NCBI RefSeq assembly: GCF_009914755.1
Contig: NC_060934.1
DNA length: 64,000 bases
Source: the human T2T-CHM13v2.0 reference genome, Homo sapiens
Strand: one strand, 5' to 3'
Numbering within the stretch: position 1 is the stretch's first letter; each line of letters opens with the position of its first letter. The translations under genes were made by a program, and so were the position numbers. The notes under the pieces were generated by a model. It did no database searches. It was not told the origin of the DNA and saw only the letters and a program-made list of their open reading frames with translations. This document shows positions 39,375-51,180 of this stretch, piece by piece.

Positions 39375-39761
39375 TGCCAAAGTGCCCCAGCAAGGCTTTA
39401 CCAGCACCTGGGCCGTAGTTGTCTCCTGGCTCCTGGGGTCCGCGGAGCTCTAGATGTACCTGCAGCTCCTCCCGAGTCCTGCAAGCCACCCTTGTCCCTC
39501 TTCTCCCGCTCACCCCCCGGCCCCCCCATCTCTTTTGCTATTCCGGGGAAGGCCACGCAGGGTGCAACCCGGACGCGCCCCCGGGGGAAGCCCGCGACGC
39601 AGCAGCCACACCCCCAGCCTGCACTGGCGCCCACCCCATGACTTCGCCTTCGCGGTCGCGGGCAGGGAGCGCGCGTTTCCATCGGTTGATTAGAAGCGGG
39701 AGTCGGAGGAGCCCCCGCCCGCCGGCGGCCAGCGCACAGCCCGGCCAGGGGCGCCCTCCCT

Positions 39762-39783
39762 GCCGCCCGCCGGCCCTTTGATC
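39762..39783 (+). promoter_or_regulatory. TCF/LEF site CCTTTGATC with adjacent GCCGCC/GCCG helper-like motifs
   Basis: CCTTTGATC 39775-39783 is the optimal TCF HMG site; GCCGCC 39762-39767 and GCCG 39769-39772 lie just upstream. Confidence 0.55.
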
Positions 39784-42242
39784 GCCCGCGGCCCGCGGCC
39801 CGCAGACCACAGCCAGCGCTGTGCTGGGCAGGTGGCGGCAGCGGGGCGCGGCGCGCTCAGGCGCACGGGTCCCCGGGCCGCGGCGCGCTCCCCGCCACGC
39901 CGCACATCAAGGCCCGGCCGGCCGGCGGGCGCCTTCATTAGCAGCCTGAAATTATAATATTATGTTAAAGAACAAAGCTGCTCCCCGGAAAAATATGTGC
40001 TGCATATCTGACAAAGATAAATTGGATTATTCAAAATATTCTTGATGAAATGTTACATTTTGCAACTAATTATCAATCTGTTTTATCTGCAGACCAGCTG
40101 GGCATTTTTGTGCATGCAAGACCTGCCTTGGCAATGATCTTAAGATGTCACTGTAGCGTTTACATCTTTTATTTCAAGATTTAAATAACTAGGAAGTAGC
40201 TAATGTAATTCACTGCTGAGAAGAAAGGCGAGCTCCTAGATTCCTTTCCAAAGCGATCTCCTCCTAATGAACTTCTCTGGACTGTGAGTAATGAGGCTTT
40301 ATTCAAATAATGTTTAAGGAAGGCTCTGTCAGTGTAATTTCTAAAAAAGGGACCAATGTTTAATACATTTGAAACATCTCTATTCATACGATATTAGCTC
40401 AGGCAAGCCCACAGCAGCACTTGCCAAGGAGAATTCTGTGTTGGTCTTTCAGAGGAGAGAGCCCTCAACTTGGCCTGGGCCAAGCCCCCAGTGCCCCTGC
40501 AAAGCAGGGAGCTCGGCCCTCCTTTTTATCTGGTGTTTTCCAGAGCGAATGCGTTTAAGGTACTCTGGGTTGATATAAACCCTCAGCATTAAGGAGTTTC
40601 AGCATTCTGCTCCTCTCCCCATCAAAATCGCTCTCTGTTCTATCTTGGGGATTGTGTCAATATAGTTTTCCTGTTTTGTGAGCTCTATCTGGTTTGCAAC
40701 AGCAGAAAAACGGAATGGGATGGATTCAAGGCCCTTCACATTTTCCTTGCAGGGCCGGGGTATGTGGCGGCGGCTAAAAGATGCGCTTCATCTCTATGCA
40801 TGGAGCAGCCAACCCTTTGCTTCATGTGAATGTATTCTCCTTTTAGATGAAGGAGAAAACTGTGTGCCTTTGTGCACAAACACACACAGAAGTGCTTTCC
40901 AGCATGTTCTGGTCATCATTTTGTGAAGCTCAGTGACAAATGTAACAATGGCTTCCATTTGTTTAGCTCTCTTTGCTTTTTCGGTCTCAATAGACTCTCT
41001 TGATCATGCTAGAAGGAAAAGGCAAGGCTGGGCATCCTTCCCATTGTGCAGATGAGGATGGTGAGGCTCAGGGAAGGAGATGATGTGACTTGCTCAAGGG
41101 GGCCCTGCCAGCTATGGGGGAGGTAGGGCTCCAAGGCTTTCCACACCCGGTACCCTCACACGTGCTGAGTGTGTCACTGGGTAGAGGACGGAAGATGAAG
41201 TTATTACTGATGGGAGGAATCGTGGGGAACCTGTCAGAATGTGAATTTCTCTTCTCAGTTGAGAGGTCTTCAAAGTGACTACAAGGAAATTCAAGCAGAT
41301 ATTTTCCCACTAAAAATGACAGAACATACATTCTTCTTGCTTTCCCAATTGATATCATTGTGACTGCTTTTCCATAAAATGATCCCCAGACAGGTTCTCA
41401 GAGCTGTCACGAAGCTTTTTGAAATTTCGCATGAAGGGAGCACGTCTATGAGTGCTTTTCTCTATCTACCCATGTCATTTTTTTTTTCTTCTCCTTTTTT
41501 GGCTTTGGTTATAAAATGTCTTTTGTTCAGATTGCACAAGAAAATTACGTCTGACCTAACTCTCTGCCTGATTTGGCCCCTGAGTATTCCATTTTGGTAT
41601 TCCTATATTAATGGTCAAATTATAGAGATCAAATAGAAAGCTTTTCAAGAAAGACGGACTGGACTTTGCTGAGACTGTGTTCTTTGATGAGAATCTAATC
41701 TTCTGTTCTTAAACTGCTTGTTTTCTGCCCAGATGTTTCTTGGGTGGGAGTCCATGGCTGTCAGGACCCAGAGGTGCTGTGGCCCCTTGGAGTTCAGAGG
41801 AGACCCCTTCAGTCATCGGCCTTTCCCAGTCAACCTCCTGGGGCTTCTGCCCAAAGTGACTTTTGGGCTGTCACCAGATGATGCCAAAAGCTCTGCATGG
41901 AGAGTCAAATCTCTCTGTCACAGAGACCACAAGTTACAGAGTGCCAGATATTGAGTCCTGTGGTTTTATTCTAAAATAATTTCTAATCTAAAAGTTAGTT
42001 CATTTTTTTAGAAGTCATAAAATAGTTTTTTACTGTTGTTTCATTAGAGGAGTTACAGTGCATGTGTGTAAATTATTTACACACACAACCTGACCGTATG
42101 TGGCAAAGAAGACATGAGAAGTCTCCTGAATCAGTTTGCTGTCCATGCTTGTCCACCCAGAGAATGCCCAGAGCTCTGTCCTCCATTGTTTGCTGCCTAG
42201 CGTATCTGGGTCCACAATGGTGCTTTGAAAAGTTCTAGTGAT

Positions 42243-42573
42243 CAGGGGTGGGCAAACTTTTTTTACGAAGGGCCAGATAATAAGTTTTTTAGACTTGCAA
42301 GCTATGCTACTCTTTGCAACTACTCAAGTCTGTTGTTGGAGCCAGAAAGCAGCTATAGATGATATGCAAATCAGTGAGCTGTGTTCTGATACAACTTTAT
42401 TGATAGGCATTGAAATTTGAATTTCATATAATTTTCATGTGTTGTGAAATACTATTCTTCTTTTTTATTTTTTTCCAACCGTTTACAAATGTAATAGCCA
42501 TTCTTAGTTGGTGGGCTGTACAAGAACAGTCGATGCCTGAATTTGGCCCACAGGCTGCATTTGGCCTACTCTG
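42243..42573. mobile_element. MER58B-type hAT-Charlie element
   Basis: caggggtgggcaaactttttt...aagggccagataataag...gaaatttgaatttcatataattttcatgtg...ttggcccacaggctgcatttggcctactctg; about 330 bp. Confidence 0.88.
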
Positions 42574-42689
42574 CCTTAGGGTTTAGCATACGTCACTCCA
42601 GCTGTTCTTAACTCTCTTGCTGCTCTTGCTGGAGTGAGCGAATAATGTCTTTTTTTTATAGATTTGTATCTTCTTACATAATATTAGAC

Positions 42690-43345
42690 TTTCTATTGGT
42701 TTTGTATAGTTGTTTAACAAATTACCACAAATGTAGTGGCTTCAAATAACATCTATTTATTATTTCACAGTTTAGTAGGTCACAAGTCCAGTGGGCTTGG
42801 CTGGATCCTCTGCTTGGGGTCTCATGAGGCCAAAATCAAGGTACTGGAATGGCTCATTTCTTATCTTGAGGCTCTGGGGAAGAATCTGCTTCTGAGCCCA
42901 TCCAAGTTGTCATCAGCCATCAGCTCCCTGCAGTTGTAGCACTGAGATCTGTTTCCTTGCTGGCTCTTGGCTGGGGGCTGCTCTCAGCTGCTAGATGCCA
43001 TCAACATCCCTTGCCATGTGGACCCTTGATCCTCAGGACAACAAGGGTGCCCCCATCCTACTCACAGTTGCAGCCTCTCTGACTTCCTCTTCTGCTGCCA
43101 GCCTTAGAAAGTTCTCTGCTTTTGAAAGCCTTGTCTGATTAGATCATTCTCACTCAGATAATCTGTCTGTATTAAGGTCAACTGATTAGTAACTGTAATC
43201 ACATCTGCAAAATCCCCCTGCCCCATAATGTAATATAATCACCAGTTCCACATCTCACTGTATTCACAATTCCCCCCACACTCAAAGGGGAGGGGTTATA
43301 TGGGGTGAGAACTGCTGGGAATAGTTTTTAAAATTCTGCCTATCT
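42690..43345 (-). mobile_element. MLT1E-type MaLR LTR
   Basis: taacaaattaccacaaatgtagtggctt, gaggctctggggaagaatctgcttc, aaggtcaactgattagtaac...cacatctgcaaaatccc, aattctgcctatc. Confidence 0.85.
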
Positions 43346-43852
43346 TAGGCTGCAAAGATCCCTTATCTGTTAGGATGATTTAAGTTACAAGTTCAAATTA
43401 TATGGCTTCAGCTAGTGGAAAGACTCTAATAAGTTTAAGGGTTCACTGAATTCTGGATCCTAAACTAAGGAACAGAAAGGGATCTGGACTAACCTTCCTC
43501 CTCAGCTGCTGGGATAGACTGTGACTAGATAAGGAGGAAGGAGAGACTGAGGGACAGGAAGAGTGAAAGGGCAGTAGAGCTGGTGAGGAGGGGCACAGGT
43601 CTTTCCTAAGGACTGTCTGTGCTGACAAGTTTTGAGACAGACTCCACACTGCAAAGCCTTCAAAAGCACCTATTAACCCCAAAGAGTTTTTGTATAAAAT
43701 CACACATATTTTCTTTCTCTCATGCACCCATACTTATCCATTCTACAAATATTTACTGAGCACCTACTCTACACCAGGGAAGTACCAGATGCTATAAAGG
43801 TGAAAGTGAAGGGGGCAGAAGCCCAGGCTGAGTTTAAAGCTTAATGGGGCAG

Positions 43853-44290
43853 TGTGTTGGCTTCCTGCAGCTGTTGTAACAAATTGGCACAAACGAAGAT
43901 GGCTCAGAATAACAGAAATTTATTGTCTCACATTTCTGGAGGTTGAAAGTCTGAAATCAAGGTTTCTGCAGGGCTGCACTCTCTAGGAAGGCTCTAGGGG
44001 CAAATCTGTTCCATGCCTGTCTGTTTCTGTTGTGGCCGGCATTCCTTGGCTTGTGGCCGCATCACGGCAATCTCTGCCTCTATCTCTGCTTGGCATTCTC
44101 TCTGTGTTCAAATCTCTCTTTTGTTATATGGACACCAGTTATTGAATTAGGCCCCATCTTAATGCAATATGACCTCATTTTAACTTGATTACTCTGCAGA
44201 AACTCTATTTCCAAATAAGGTCATATTTATATATCCTAGGGGTTGGAACTTAGACACATCTTTTTGGGAGACACACTGGAACCCACAACA
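43853..44290 (-). mobile_element. MLT1C-type solo LTR with perfect 5-bp TSD GGCAG, inserted into an L2 fragment
   Basis: TG...CA termini; ggcag at 43848-43852 and 44291-44295; L2 tail (caaatatttactgagcacctac) at about 43735-43850 resumes after the LTR. Confidence 0.9.
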
Positions 44291-45314
44291 GGCAGACCAT
44301 TGAGTAAATAAGCTATTTGAAGCAGTACCTATTTGTCAGCTGTTGCTTCATGGTGAGGTTCCTATACGTAGACTTGTCCCTGTTTTTTCCTTGTAGGCAT
44401 TTGCTACCATCTCAAGATCTTCAGAATAATCTGTTCCCATACAATCATTGGCAAATGATATGGATATTACTGAAGATTTCATCAGGAGTTTGCTTTGCTC
44501 ACCTCATGGGAAACAACTTTGTATTCCCCAAAGTCATTCCTGCCACCCCATCCTGAGGGTTCTTCTCTGCATTCTCATGCATACAGCTGCCCGTCCTCCT
44601 TCTTCAGTGGCTTTCCCTTGGGAATTTGGGTTACTCTCTTTGCAATCAGTGCGGTTCCACTCTGCCCCATCCCTGCTCCAAACCTTGCAGATGCCCCCAA
44701 CACCACCCCTCTGCCTTGCCCAGGCCTCAAGGTAAGGAAGGCCCCTTTGTCACTGGAACCTGCTGTTTTAGGAGCCTCACCTGTCCGCCCCAAGCAGCTT
44801 AGCAGTATGTTTAATCTGTAGATGTAGAGGTTGTCCCTAAGAGGAATTTTGGTGAGCAAGATTGGCCCAGGTGATAAGAGAGATCCAGGGGAGTGAGGAG
44901 GGGAACAGGAAATTTGTGTGAGAAGACACTTCAGAGGGACTGCAAGACCCGGGGCAACACCTGCCCTCCTGTAGGCTCTGAAATGGTCAGGATGTGTCAG
45001 AGCACATGGGTCTCCTGGGAGGAGCAATGCTGGGCAGGTCAGAGCTGCCAGCTCACCCAGTGCTGAGAGTCAGCCACAAGCAAGGGATGGGCCATCTAAG
45101 CATCAGGGCAGTGCACCTGGATGGGCTGTGTGGCCTCAGGGGAGGGTGAGAGCATCTCAGCTCTGGCCAGGGACTTCTGCCAAGCACCACTGGGGGGAGG
45201 TGATTCCATTTTCTCCAAATCCTTCTCTATGTTTTTCATCACACTGTTGATCTTAACTTGTGCTAGATTTGCTGTCCTTTGAAATTCAACTTTTTTTTTT
45301 TTTAGCTTTGACCT

Positions 45315-45665
45315 AATCTTAGTCCATTTTGCCGCTATAAAAAAGTACCATAAACTGAGGGGCTTATAAACAACAGAATTTTTTTTCTCACAGTTCTGGA
45401 AGCTGGGAGTCCAACTTCAAGGCACCAGTAGCTTCAGTGCCTGCTGAGGGCCTGCTTCCTGGCTTGTCATCGTGGCCTCACATGGTGGATGGGACTAGCT
45501 AGCTCTCTGGGCCTTCTTTTATAAGGACATTAATCCCATTCACAAGGGCTCCACCCTCATGACTTAATCACTTCCCAAAAGGTCCTACTTCCTAGTATCA
45601 TCACCTTTGGGGGTTTGGATTCCAACATATGAATTTTGTAGAAACACAAACATCAGTTCATAGCA
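45315..45665 (-). mobile_element. MLT1A0-type solo LTR with TSD GACCT
   Basis: tcttagtccatt...ggcttataaacaacagaa...taatcccattcacaagggctccaccctcatgac...catagca; gacct at 45310-45314 and 45666-45670. Confidence 0.9.
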
Positions 45666-46224
45666 GACCTGTGTAGCCAGTCTCAGAATTTGGGGTGGGG
45701 AAGATGCCCTAGCTGAAGGTTTTGGTTTCTAGGAGTTTCAGCTGAAGGGCCCTTTCTGCAGGGACCTGCTTTCTACCTGTAGCTTCTTGAGTGGAGGCTC
45801 CATGAAGGAAGGGCCAGGTTCTGGTTGTTTGAGCCTCAGGCACTGGCCAGGTACAGGGTTGAGTCCCAGTCAGTGATGTCCCATTGAATGACTCAGTGGA
45901 AATCGTGCATGTCCTTTGGGCTGTTAGGAATAGGGGCCGTCCTGAGGCACACAGAGCAGGTCTCAGCTCCTGCTCTTCTCTTTGGCTTTGCCCAGGTGAG
46001 CAGTGCTCAGAGCTGCCTGTCAACAAGGGGCATGCTCTCTGCAGAGGGGAAATTTTCCTCTTCAGATGGTGAATAGTCATAGTTCTGCTAGGGGCTTGGT
46101 TTCTGGTTGGCTGGGAAATGGGAGACTGGACAAAACACCTGGAATTGGAAGTTTCCCTTGGACTTGAGTGGTGCTCAGCCATACACTTGGAACAGCTGGT
46201 GAGCAGGCACACATTACTTCTGCA

Positions 46225-46500
46225 TTCAGTCTTTTTAAGGATAGTAGGAAATAGGTATAGAGTTTCCTTTCCATATTACAGATCAGAAATGGAGGCTCAG
46301 AGATGACAAATGATTTTTCCAAGATTATCTCCCTAGAAAGTAGAGATGGGTGTGTAATGATTTGAGGTCTGGGATTGGAGCTCAGACAAGCCTGGGGGAC
46401 TCACACCAGCCCACCTGCCACCTGGGTGGGTCTCTGCTTCTTCCTCTTCGGAGCAGAGATAATGGTCTTTCCTGATTGGGTTGTTGAGAGTTGTTGATGA
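46225..46500. mobile_element. Two adjacent, oppositely oriented MIR fragments
   Basis: ccatattacagatcagaaatggaggctcagaga (minus) followed by ggagctcagacaagcctggg...gataatgg...gggttgttgagag (plus). Confidence 0.5.
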
Positions 46501-46846
46501 GAGTGGATATCATTCACCCATCGTTCCCCAGGTGTGACTGCAGGGACTGAGTATAGAAGTGGCCACGATAAACTCAACCTCTGGATCAGAGTGCTGTGTC
46601 CACTTGGTGAAAACTGTTACCACCGTGAGACTTAAATTCAGGTCTTCGGGCTCCAAATGGCCAGTGACCTTCCTCCCCACTTCCGCCTCCCTGTGAGGAG
46701 TGTTCGTGTTGTTTCCTGAACTTCCTCTAAATTAAACCCTGTGATATATCAGATGCTGGAAACATACAGAGGACAAACAGGCCCAGGGGGAAAGCTGGAA
46801 GAACCCTTAGGGTGGGCTTCGAAGGGGGCTCAGCTGGGATTCGCCT

Positions 46847-47048
46847 TTCCTCCTCCTCCTCTCCCAACGTTGTGTCCTCCACACCATCACAACAACCACC
46901 AGTGCTTTCCATGTCCCCTTATTTTATTTAATGCTCATAATAGCCCGACTTCCTCCTCCTTCACTCCCAACGTGTGTCCTCCACACCATCACAGCAACCA
47001 CCAGTGCTTTCCACATCCTGTTATTTTATTTAATGCTCATAATAGCCC
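46847..47048. repeat. Tandem duplication, 102-bp period, 2 copies
   Basis: ttcctcctcct...ctcccaacgt..gtgtcctccacaccatcac..caaccaccagtgctttcca...ttattttatttaatgctcataatagccc twice (copy ends 46946 and 47048). Confidence 0.93.
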
Positions 47049-47171
47049 AGCTAGGTAAGCATGATGATTATTATTAATGAATTTACATTTTTCAGATGGG
47101 GAAGTCGAAGCTTAGGATAAGTACTGGTCTCTATGCTACTGCTGTAGGGACTTGCCTTCTCCTGGGATCCA

Positions 47172-47268
47172 TGTGCATCAATGCATGTGTGTGCATATAT
47201 GTCATATATGTATTGTGCACGTGTGTGTGCACATGTGCATCTGTGCCTATGTATGGTGTGTTTGTACG
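47172..47268. repeat. Degenerate (TG)/(TA) microsatellite
   Basis: tgtgcatcaatgcatgtgtgtgcatatatgtcatatatgtattgtgcacgtgtgtgtgcacatgtgc. Confidence 0.8.
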
Positions 47269-47757
47269 TGAGGGTTTTTTGGACCTGGAGAAGCAGTCTC
47301 TGTGGTCCTCTGGTTCGCCTGCCACCTGAGCCCACAGAGAGGCCCAGAACCTTGGAGCTATATCCTTTCTTTGAGCACAGTGGGGATGTTGGGGGGTAAG
47401 CTGCGCAGGCCAGGAATGAAGCTGGCCCTAGTTTTGTCCACCTTCTTGGGGCTTATGGAGACCATCCTGAGGTCCTTCCTCCCAGTTTGCCCGTGTTGGC
47501 CCAGACAGGCCTTTTGGTTGGCAGCATCTGGTACTGTGCTGAGCCAGGCTGCCTCTGGGCCATGTGGCAGGAGGGGCTGGGCGCCCACTGTCCCCAGCAA
47601 CCTCTGCGTGCAGGAGTCAAGGCCAGAGGTGGAGATCTGCTCCCCAGTGGCAGGAGACCAGAGAACAGAAACATCCCGGGGCCTTCATGTATCCTCTGAC
47701 CACCCTGGGCTTGGTCTCACCTGCCAACATGCCAGGCAACAGTCCATTCTGGTTTTA

Positions 47758-47960
47758 GAACTATGACATCCAGTATGGTATCAATTAGCCACATGTAGCC
47801 ATTTAAATGGAATCAATTAATTGATTGTCAATCAACCCATTAAGCTAATTAATTAAAATGAGATTAAACTTCCATTTCCTCAGTGGCAGTTAACCACATT
47901 CACGTGCTCAGCACAGAGTATTTTTCTTATTGCAGAAAGTTCCGGTGAATGTTGTTGCTC
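47758..47960 (-). mobile_element. MER3 hAT-Charlie element
   Basis: tagccacatgtagccatttaaat...ttcctcagtggcag...ccacattcacgtgctca...ttgcagaaagttc, the reverse of the MER3 consensus. Confidence 0.7.
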
Positions 47961-48997
47961 TAGAGGGCAGCGCCGAGCACGTCCCCATCACCTGGGTCAG
48001 ATGAGTGACTGCAGTGGAGATTTCAGGGACCTTCATGTCTCCTGTACCTCCTGGCTTTGTTCTTGAGCCCCATCTATACTGACCACAAGGTCAGGGCCTC
48101 CACGCTGTGCCCATCATCCAAAGCCTTCCCGGGCAAGGCCAGGCTGTTAGATTTCATCTGACACATGGGAGAAGACAGGCTGAGGACAGGGCACCACCTT
48201 TGTTCCTTTTTTTTTTTTTCCTATATGCCAGCCGCTGTGCTGCACGTTTTACATGAGAGTAACAACAGTAAATAATGATCGCAGCCATTTTTTGGATGCT
48301 TAACATGTGCTGGACACTGGGATTTCCCTTGTGAGCCCTCAGTGCCCACCCAGGAGCTGGGGCTACCATGGTTCTCACTGAGAGACTGAAACCTCCCAGA
48401 CTGGGAGCCACACCCAAGCTTCCCCCATCAGTAATGGAGGGATGTGATTCTGGTTGAATTCTGTCTGTAAAGCCCATTGCCAAGCAACCCCACCGTCTCA
48501 TGTTCCCCTTTTTATTGGAATAATGATAACCCTTTAGCCTGCACCTTAACATATATACTTTCCCCCGTTGAACATCACTTAGGGGTGATTTTGCGGGAAA
48601 ACCAGATGTGGACTTCGTTGGCTTGTTTCGATGTCCTCCACGTCCCCTGCCTTGTTTTTGCTTTCCTTGATGGACTCTCAGACGCTCTTAATTTATCATT
48701 TCCATTTGTAAAGCTGTCATCTTCTGGAAAGTTAAGACCGTTTGTCTTCAGGTGATTACACAGGTTCTTTCCCCTCTGAAGAACAAACAGTTTACATTAA
48801 GTATTAGCATCCTTAGAGAAACCAGGACCAGCTGACTTAATTGTAAACATCAAGATGAACTCCAAGTATGTTTTTCCATCACAGGAATCGTCAATGGTAT
48901 TTTCTGGTGAGAGGTTTCAGTTTAAAGTCCCTGGTCAATCAGTGCTTAACTCTCAGGAGGAAATTAAAGAAACCACTTGAAAATGGCTGAGAAATAG

Positions 48998-49021
48998 AAA
49001 AAAAAAAAAAAAAAAAAAAAA
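48998..49021. repeat. Poly(A)24 tract
   Basis: Read directly; no Alu body upstream. Confidence 0.95.
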
Positions 49022-51019
49022 CAAACCCAAACTCTCTTGGCTCCAGCAGGCATTCTGAAAAGGTGGACAGAAGGTCAGCTGAGTGCTAAATGCTGTTCCC
49101 CGCTCTCTGGTTGTCCCTGGGCACATCCAGCCCAGCAGCTCTGTGATGAGGGAGATGGAGTGGTTGCTTTAAAGATGACTTTTGGCGGGCCACCGCAGTC
49201 TGTTAAGATTGTAAAATACGTGCAGCAAGCATGGGTGGGGAGAAGGACTCTCGCTTGGGCTGGTCTTTAGAAAATGGAAACAAACTCACTATCTACGAAG
49301 AGATCAGTTTGCGCCTGATTTGGTTTTAATGCTAAACCCTATGAAATGATCTTAAGCAGAAAAATCAATTTCCCAGAAGTCTCAGATGTACACTGTAACT
49401 CTTATATTTGAACTGAATCTTGGTAGAGTTAAATAATTGAGCTTGCTTTCTTTAAGTGATACAGATGTATTTCATGCTAGGAATAACGCGTGAACCAGAG
49501 GGTGCCGAGAGGAGGCTGGACAGGAGCCGCTTGAGGTCACGCCTGCCAAAAGGGGTGGGGCCAGGGTAGCACCAAATCTCAGTCATCTTTCCATCCAGAA
49601 TAAACCAGGAGGGGTGGGAACCAGCTGCAGGATCAGAGCTGGAATGGGCTGTGTTGATGCAAAGGAAAGTGAGCACAGGCTTTGAGAGGGTAGGGAGAAC
49701 TGCCTGACAGAGGCCGGTTCTGAAGAGAAGGAAAGGAAGGGACAGTTGTGTGACCTCATCACAGTTTATCCTGACTCCCCATCTCCTGCTTGGGTTGACC
49801 CGGGATCTGCAACTTTTCAGAGTCTCAGTTTCCCATCTGCAAAATGAGAGTTCATTTTCTCCATCAGTAGCATTTGTTGACTGTATTGGGTGCTGGGAGG
49901 CGGCAGCGGACAAGATAGATAAAGCCCTGGTGGTGGAGGCTGACAGCCAGGAAGCCAACAAGTATGCAGACATGTTTGGTGTGGAAAGTGCTAGAAGGAA
50001 GAACGTGGTTAACAACTGTATCTGATTCCTAGCGTCCTTCCGGGGATGGAATATGTGAACACAGCAAGGAGCCCAGGGAAGTGCTCTAGAAATTTTAGCT
50101 TTTCCTACTCTGGGTTGTAACAATACCATAGCCATTCTTCTCAGTGTCATCACCAGCACTGTCTTCATTATGCAAGGAAGAGGGTGGAGAAGGAGAAGGA
50201 AAATCAGAAATGAGGGGAAAGAAATGAAGGTAGAAACATGAGGGCCGGTGGGGGTAGGTGGGTTCTGGGTTTATACCCTCTGAGACGTGGGCATATGTCG
50301 CTTGCCTTCTTCCCTTCTAAGCCTGGCCTTCAGCCCGTGCCCAAGCGCCCCCACCTCAGCTTGTCCGGGGGTGCTGTCAGCGAAGCTCTTGGGTCAGGGA
50401 CGTGGCTTGGACCCTGTGGCTCTGCACATGGATACAAGAGGCATTTACGACTGGGTTTGGGCACAACTCTGGTGTGGGCACCTCCCTGTTGTTGAGAGGC
50501 CAGTGAAAGGTGAGGTTTGCTTGCTGGGCAGTTTGCTCAAGTTGAGAGCAGGGAGAGCCCCTAAATGCAGAGAGACAGCCATTCACGTTAATTTTATCCT
50601 TGCCTTTCCAAAGCTGGCCCTGGGGGTGCATTCATACTGAAGCCATGGCCCCTTAGGGCCTAGGCATCTGGACGGCCCTCCTGGCCTGCCTTCAGGTTGG
50701 AAAATGGCTGTTAGTGATCCAACCTTCTTTGGAGTGTTTTTAACAGCTGAATGTTTGCTTTGCCAATTTAGAATACAAGGTCCGTAAGGAAGGCATCGAT
50801 AACCCCCGTTGTAAGGGATGATGTGACGGGTGTAGATAGAAAGCAGATGAGGGTTACTTGGAGGTGAAATGTGCTTTTCCATGCTCACAATTGAGGCCCT
50901 GAAATCCAAGCTCCCCCTGAGTTTCAATGGCTTGTATTTGTTTGCTTATTTTGGCTGCTCTCTCTGCTGTTGGAATCTCCTCTCACTCCCCTCTAGCAGG
51001 GCCGAATGACACACATCTA

Positions 51020-51180
51020 ATCTAAGGTTCCAGGGCCGCTGCTGTCACCAAGCAGCTGTGTGACCTGGGCAGCCTTCTCAGATTCTCTGGAGTGCTAGCG
51101 GTTTCCTCCTCTTAAAGGGAGGGAGTCGTGCCCAACGTACAAAGTCAACCTTCCCCACTGCAGAATTCTGTGACTCCATG
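51020..51180 (+). mobile_element. MIR3-like SINE fragment
   Basis: caccaagcagctgtgtgacctgggcag...gtttcctcctcttaaa...cttccccactgcagaattctgtgactc. Confidence 0.55.

Larger units (their letters stand above)
39270..39935. promoter_or_regulatory. CpG island (orphan; enhancer or non-coding promoter)
   Basis: About 650 bp of very GC/CpG-dense unique sequence (gcggggcgcggcgcgctcaggcgcacggg, cccggccggccggcgggcgcc) with GC boxes. Confidence 0.93.

Noticed and set aside
39216-39938. Overlapping ORFs in the CpG island as a coding first exon
   Set aside because: Stop-poor GC-rich DNA gives ORFs in most frames; the peptides are P/R/G/A-rich with no recognisable family and no convincing splice donor
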